NCBI GenBank assembly: GCA_963828525.1
Contig: CAWHEP010000002.1
Coordinates: forward strand, 288,001-352,000
Direction of reading: 5' to 3'
Length of the DNA: 64,000 nucleotides
From: an uncultured Verrucomicrobiae bacterium
GTDB taxonomy: Bacteria; Verrucomicrobiota; Verrucomicrobiia; Chthoniobacterales; Chthoniobacteraceae
Positions 60,783 through 64,000 of this stretch are shown one piece after another (positions within the stretch are counted from its first letter, which is position 1; each line of letters begins with the position of its first letter). The position numbers and the translations under genes are program-made. The notes under the pieces are model-generated. The model did not search any database. It was not told the origin of the DNA and saw only the letters and a list, made by a program, of their open reading frames with translations.

Positions 60783-62926
60783 ATGACAAAATATCTCAGC
60801 CTCACCGTTTGCCTCATCGCCTGCTCACAAGTGCTGGCTCAGACACGAGCCCGGCAGCCCGGCAGCTCACCCCTTCGCCCGCCGCGACGGAGGGCGCGTC
60901 CGCATCGACAACGACGCTGCCGGAAGTCGATGTGGTTGCTCATCTTGACGTAGCCCGCAACCAGATAGTGCCGAGTCTCGGGGCAACATCGGTACCAAAT
61001 CCCGAACATCCAGATCCAGCTGCAAAGCCAGGGCGAGAACGCGACGTTCAACCAGATACTGCTTCGGCGCCCGGGGTCGTTCAGGATTCCTTCGGCCAAC
61101 TCCATGTCCGCGGGGAGCATGCCAACCTGCAATACCGCATCGACGACGTGCTCCTGCCGGAGAGCATTCCTGGTTTCGGTCAGGAACTCGAGACGCGCTT
61201 CGCCGATAACATCTCGCTCATCACGGGAGCGCTGCCGGCGCAGTTCGGTTTTCGCAACACCGGCGTGATCGACATCCACACCAAAAGCGGCGCTGCCTTT
61301 CAAACAAGCGAAGCGTCCATCTATGTCGGCAGTTTCGACACGATCAAGCCGAGCTTCGAGTTCGGGAACGTGACCGGGAAACTCAGCTCCTACGTTTCGG
61401 CAAGCTACCTGCACAGCGGCATCGGAATTGAAAATCCCACTGGCAGCAGCAATCCGATCCACGACGACACCGATCAGTACAAAAATGTTCGGCTATTTCT
61501 CATAATCTTCGATGAATCGAGCCGCTTGACGCTTTTCGTGAGCGGCAACCACAGCGACTACCAGATCCCGAACAACCCGGGCAGACGGGCGCATTCACCG
61601 ACATGGGAAGGGCAGATTTCGACTCGGCGAAGCTCAACGAGAACCAGACCGAACAATCTTCCTACGCGATCCTGACCTACCAGAAGCAAGTGGGCGATTT
61701 CAGCATGCAGGCGTCCATCTTCACGCGCTACAGTTCCGTGTTGTTACGGCCGGATGAGCGGCGATTTGATTTTCAACGGCGTCGCTGCACGCGTCGATCG
61801 AGACATCGTCACCGAAGGGGCTCGAGTTTGACTCGCAGCTACAAGCTGAATGAACAGCACACTTCGCGGGGCGGCTATCATTCCAGCGAACAGTATCGCA
61901 ACAGGATGCCAATGACCCGTCTCCGTATATCCGACAGACGCGACGGGTGCGCAGTTGAGCGACGCGCCGTTCAGAATTCGACAACAGCAAGATCATAGGG
62001 TTGGCTGGCTCTACGGCTTCTACCTGCAAGATGAATGGAAGGCATGGTCTCCGCTCACGGTAAACTTCGGGGGACGGTTTGATGTCGTGGATCAATTCAC
62101 GCACGAAAACCAATTCAGTCCGCGCATAAACGTCACGTTGCAAGCCACCCGGAGCACCGTCTTCCACACCGGATACGCGCGCTTCTTCACGCCGCCCTCG
62201 TTCGAATCGGTCACATCGCGGAATGTCACGGCCACTGTGAATACCACAGCGGCCTTCAGCAATTTGCGTAACGACCCGGTTCGCGCCGAGCGAGCGGACT
62301 ATTTCGACGCGGGGCTCACGCAGACTGTCGCCACCGGTTTTCAGGTTGGACTTGATGGTTATTTCAAGCGGGCGGATAACCAGATCGATTCCGGTCAATT
62401 TGGGGCTGCCCCAATCGAGACAGAGTTCAATTACAGACAAGGGCAGGTTTTCGGCGTGGAACTGACCTCGACATACACGCGCGAGGGATTCTCCGCGTAT
62501 GGAAACCTCGCGTTATCGAAGGCTCTGGGGAAAGACATCGATTCGCAGCAGTTCCAATTCGGAACAGATGAGCTTGCCTATATAAAGAGCCACTGGATTT
62601 ACCTGGATCACAACCAGGCGGTGACCGCTTCTGTGGGCGCATCTTATAAGTGGCAGGAAACAAAGGCGTACGCGGACTTTCTGTATGGCAACGGTCTACG
62701 ACAGGGATTTGCAAATACTGAGAAGGAATCACCTTACTACCCCGTCAACATCGGCTTTGAACAGGGGATCAAGATCAAAAGCTTTGGAACGTTCAAAGCG
62801 CGGTTCGACATCGTGAACCTGTTTGATGAGTCCTACCAGCTACGTTCGGGGACGGGAATTGGCGCCGGTGCTTCGCAGTTCGGCGGACGGCGCGGCTTCT
62901 ACGGGGGGCTGTCGTTCGACTTCTAA
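60783..62926 (+). CDS. TonB-dependent receptor (several frameshifts between 60800 and 62000)
   Basis: PGVVQDSFGQLHVRGEH plug, YLQDEW, NLFD.SY and C-terminal Phe (LSFDF), spread over several frames. Confidence 0.88.
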
Positions 62927-63094
62927 CCGGCTGTGAGCGTTGCTGGAGGATGTGGCCGAGGGCGAAGATTGAGAAGGGCGACGCGTTTCCGCTCCCCGGA
63001 GGGGGAGCATCGGGAATGCGGCTTCGCAGGAGAGGAACGCGGCCTTGCAGTTTGGGGCGCTTTGGCCGACGACTAGACCCGCAAACACGAATAA

Positions 63095-63709
63095 ATGAAA
63101 AGTAACATCGTATTTGAAACCTTCTCGCGCGGGGGACCGGTCATGTGGCCGATCCTCATCACCGCTGTCATCGCGGTGGCGGTGGTGCTGGAAAGGATCT
63201 TCTGGTGGGTGCGGGAACATGGCAGGCGCGACCTGGTCAAAAGAGAGGCTGTTCTGGAGAGCGTTGAAAAAGGCGACCTCGCGGCGGCTTCGGCTTTGGC
63301 GCGCGAGTCCCACGACGCCGTTCTGCGCGTGCTGTGGCATGGGCTGAACCACAACCATTCCTCGATGCAGGGGGCTTTGCAGGTGGCCGCGGGGATTGAG
63401 ATCGAACGGGCGGGCGGCTTCCTTGTGGTGCTGGATACCATCATCACGCTCGCGCCGCTGCTGGGGCTGCTGGGCACGGTGACGGGGATCATGCATTCAT
63501 TTAATTTCGTCGGGAACGAAGACCTGGCGGCAAGCAAGGTCAGCGCGGGCATCGCCGAAGCGTTGATCGCCACGGCCTGCGGGTTGAGCATCGCGATCTT
63601 CTGTCTCATCCCGTTCAACTATTTTGGCAGACTGGTCGAGCGCTTCCGCTTCGAGTTGGAAACGGCGGCTACGAACCTTGAAGTGATGCTCGAGAAAAAC
63701 AGGCGATGA
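63095..63709 (+). CDS. exbB: MotA/TolQ/ExbB proton channel protein
   Basis: GG.VMWPI, APLLGLLGTVTGI..SF, GIAEALIATA.GL. Confidence 0.9.
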   Translation: MKSNIVFETFSRGGPVMWPILITAVIAVAVVLERIFWWVREHGRRDLVKREAVLESVEKGDLAAASALARESHDAVLRVLWHGLNHNHSSMQGALQVAAGIEIERAGGFLVVLDTIITLAPLLGLLGTVTGIMHSFNFVGNEDLAASKVSAGIAEALIATACGLSIAIFCLIPFNYFGRLVERFRFELETAATNLEVMLEKNRR

Positions 63710-64000
63710 AAATCCTATCTCCGATCCAGAGGAAAAAGGCGCGAATCGAAATCATCCCGCTGATCGACATCATGTTCTTTTTGCTCGCGTGCTTCATGCT
63801 CGTGAGCCTGAGCATGATCCACATGCGTGGCGTAAAGATCAACCTGCCGACGGCGGTCTCCGGGGCTCCTGAGCATCGGGCGGATTTTGTCACCATCTCC
63901 ATCGACGCCCTTGGCAGCATTTATTTTGAGAAGGAGAAGGTCGATCCCGACCAGCTTTACGCGAGGGTCAAGAATTTGTACGCGGCGAATAATGAGGCGC
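63706..64000 (+). CDS. exbD: ExbD/TolR biopolymer transport protein (partial)
   Basis: ATGA overlap with exbB; KARIEIIPLIDIMFFLLACFMLVSL, INLP. Confidence 0.9.
   Translation, partial: MKILSPIQRKKARIEIIPLIDIMFFLLACFMLVSLSMIHMRGVKINLPTAVSGAPEHRADFVTISIDALGSIYFEKEKVDPDQLYARVKNLYAANNEA

Overview
GC-rich bacterial chromosomal window. Gene style suggests Verrucomicrobiota (Chthoniobacter/Spartobacteria-like); this is inference only. Core and metabolic genes: ilvN-ilvC, purD, ppa, gmhA, class II fba, trpS, rsmH, cls, a phoB/phoR-like pair, GH78, GH125, GH51, three S41 tail-specific protease homologues, a sigma54-driven pilin and a Fur/Zur-TonB receptor-ExbBD locus. Accessory patches lie between them. 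Most interesting: (1) a 1390-bp IS1-family-derived element (17279-18668) with 19-bp terminal inverted repeats and a flanking target duplication. Its transposase is deleted to a stub, and it carries a P63C-domain gene followed 6 nt later by a 69-nt tRNA-like RNA with a perfect acceptor stem (G3-U70, A73 alanine identity) and T-arm but no recognisable anticodon arm. (2) A tightly coupled TPP enzyme-aldolase-SDR-AroB-like cyclase-GT2-membrane transferase operon that may make and transfer an unusual branched or carbocyclic sugar. (3) A WYL regulator with a DriD-like operator facing ybjN. (4) An S41 protease homologue that has lost its catalytic residues. (5) Two dispersed REP-like hairpin families. 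At least eight genes, including trpS, have small frameshifts, most likely from sequencing or assembly error. No rRNA, canonical tRNA or CRISPR array was seen.
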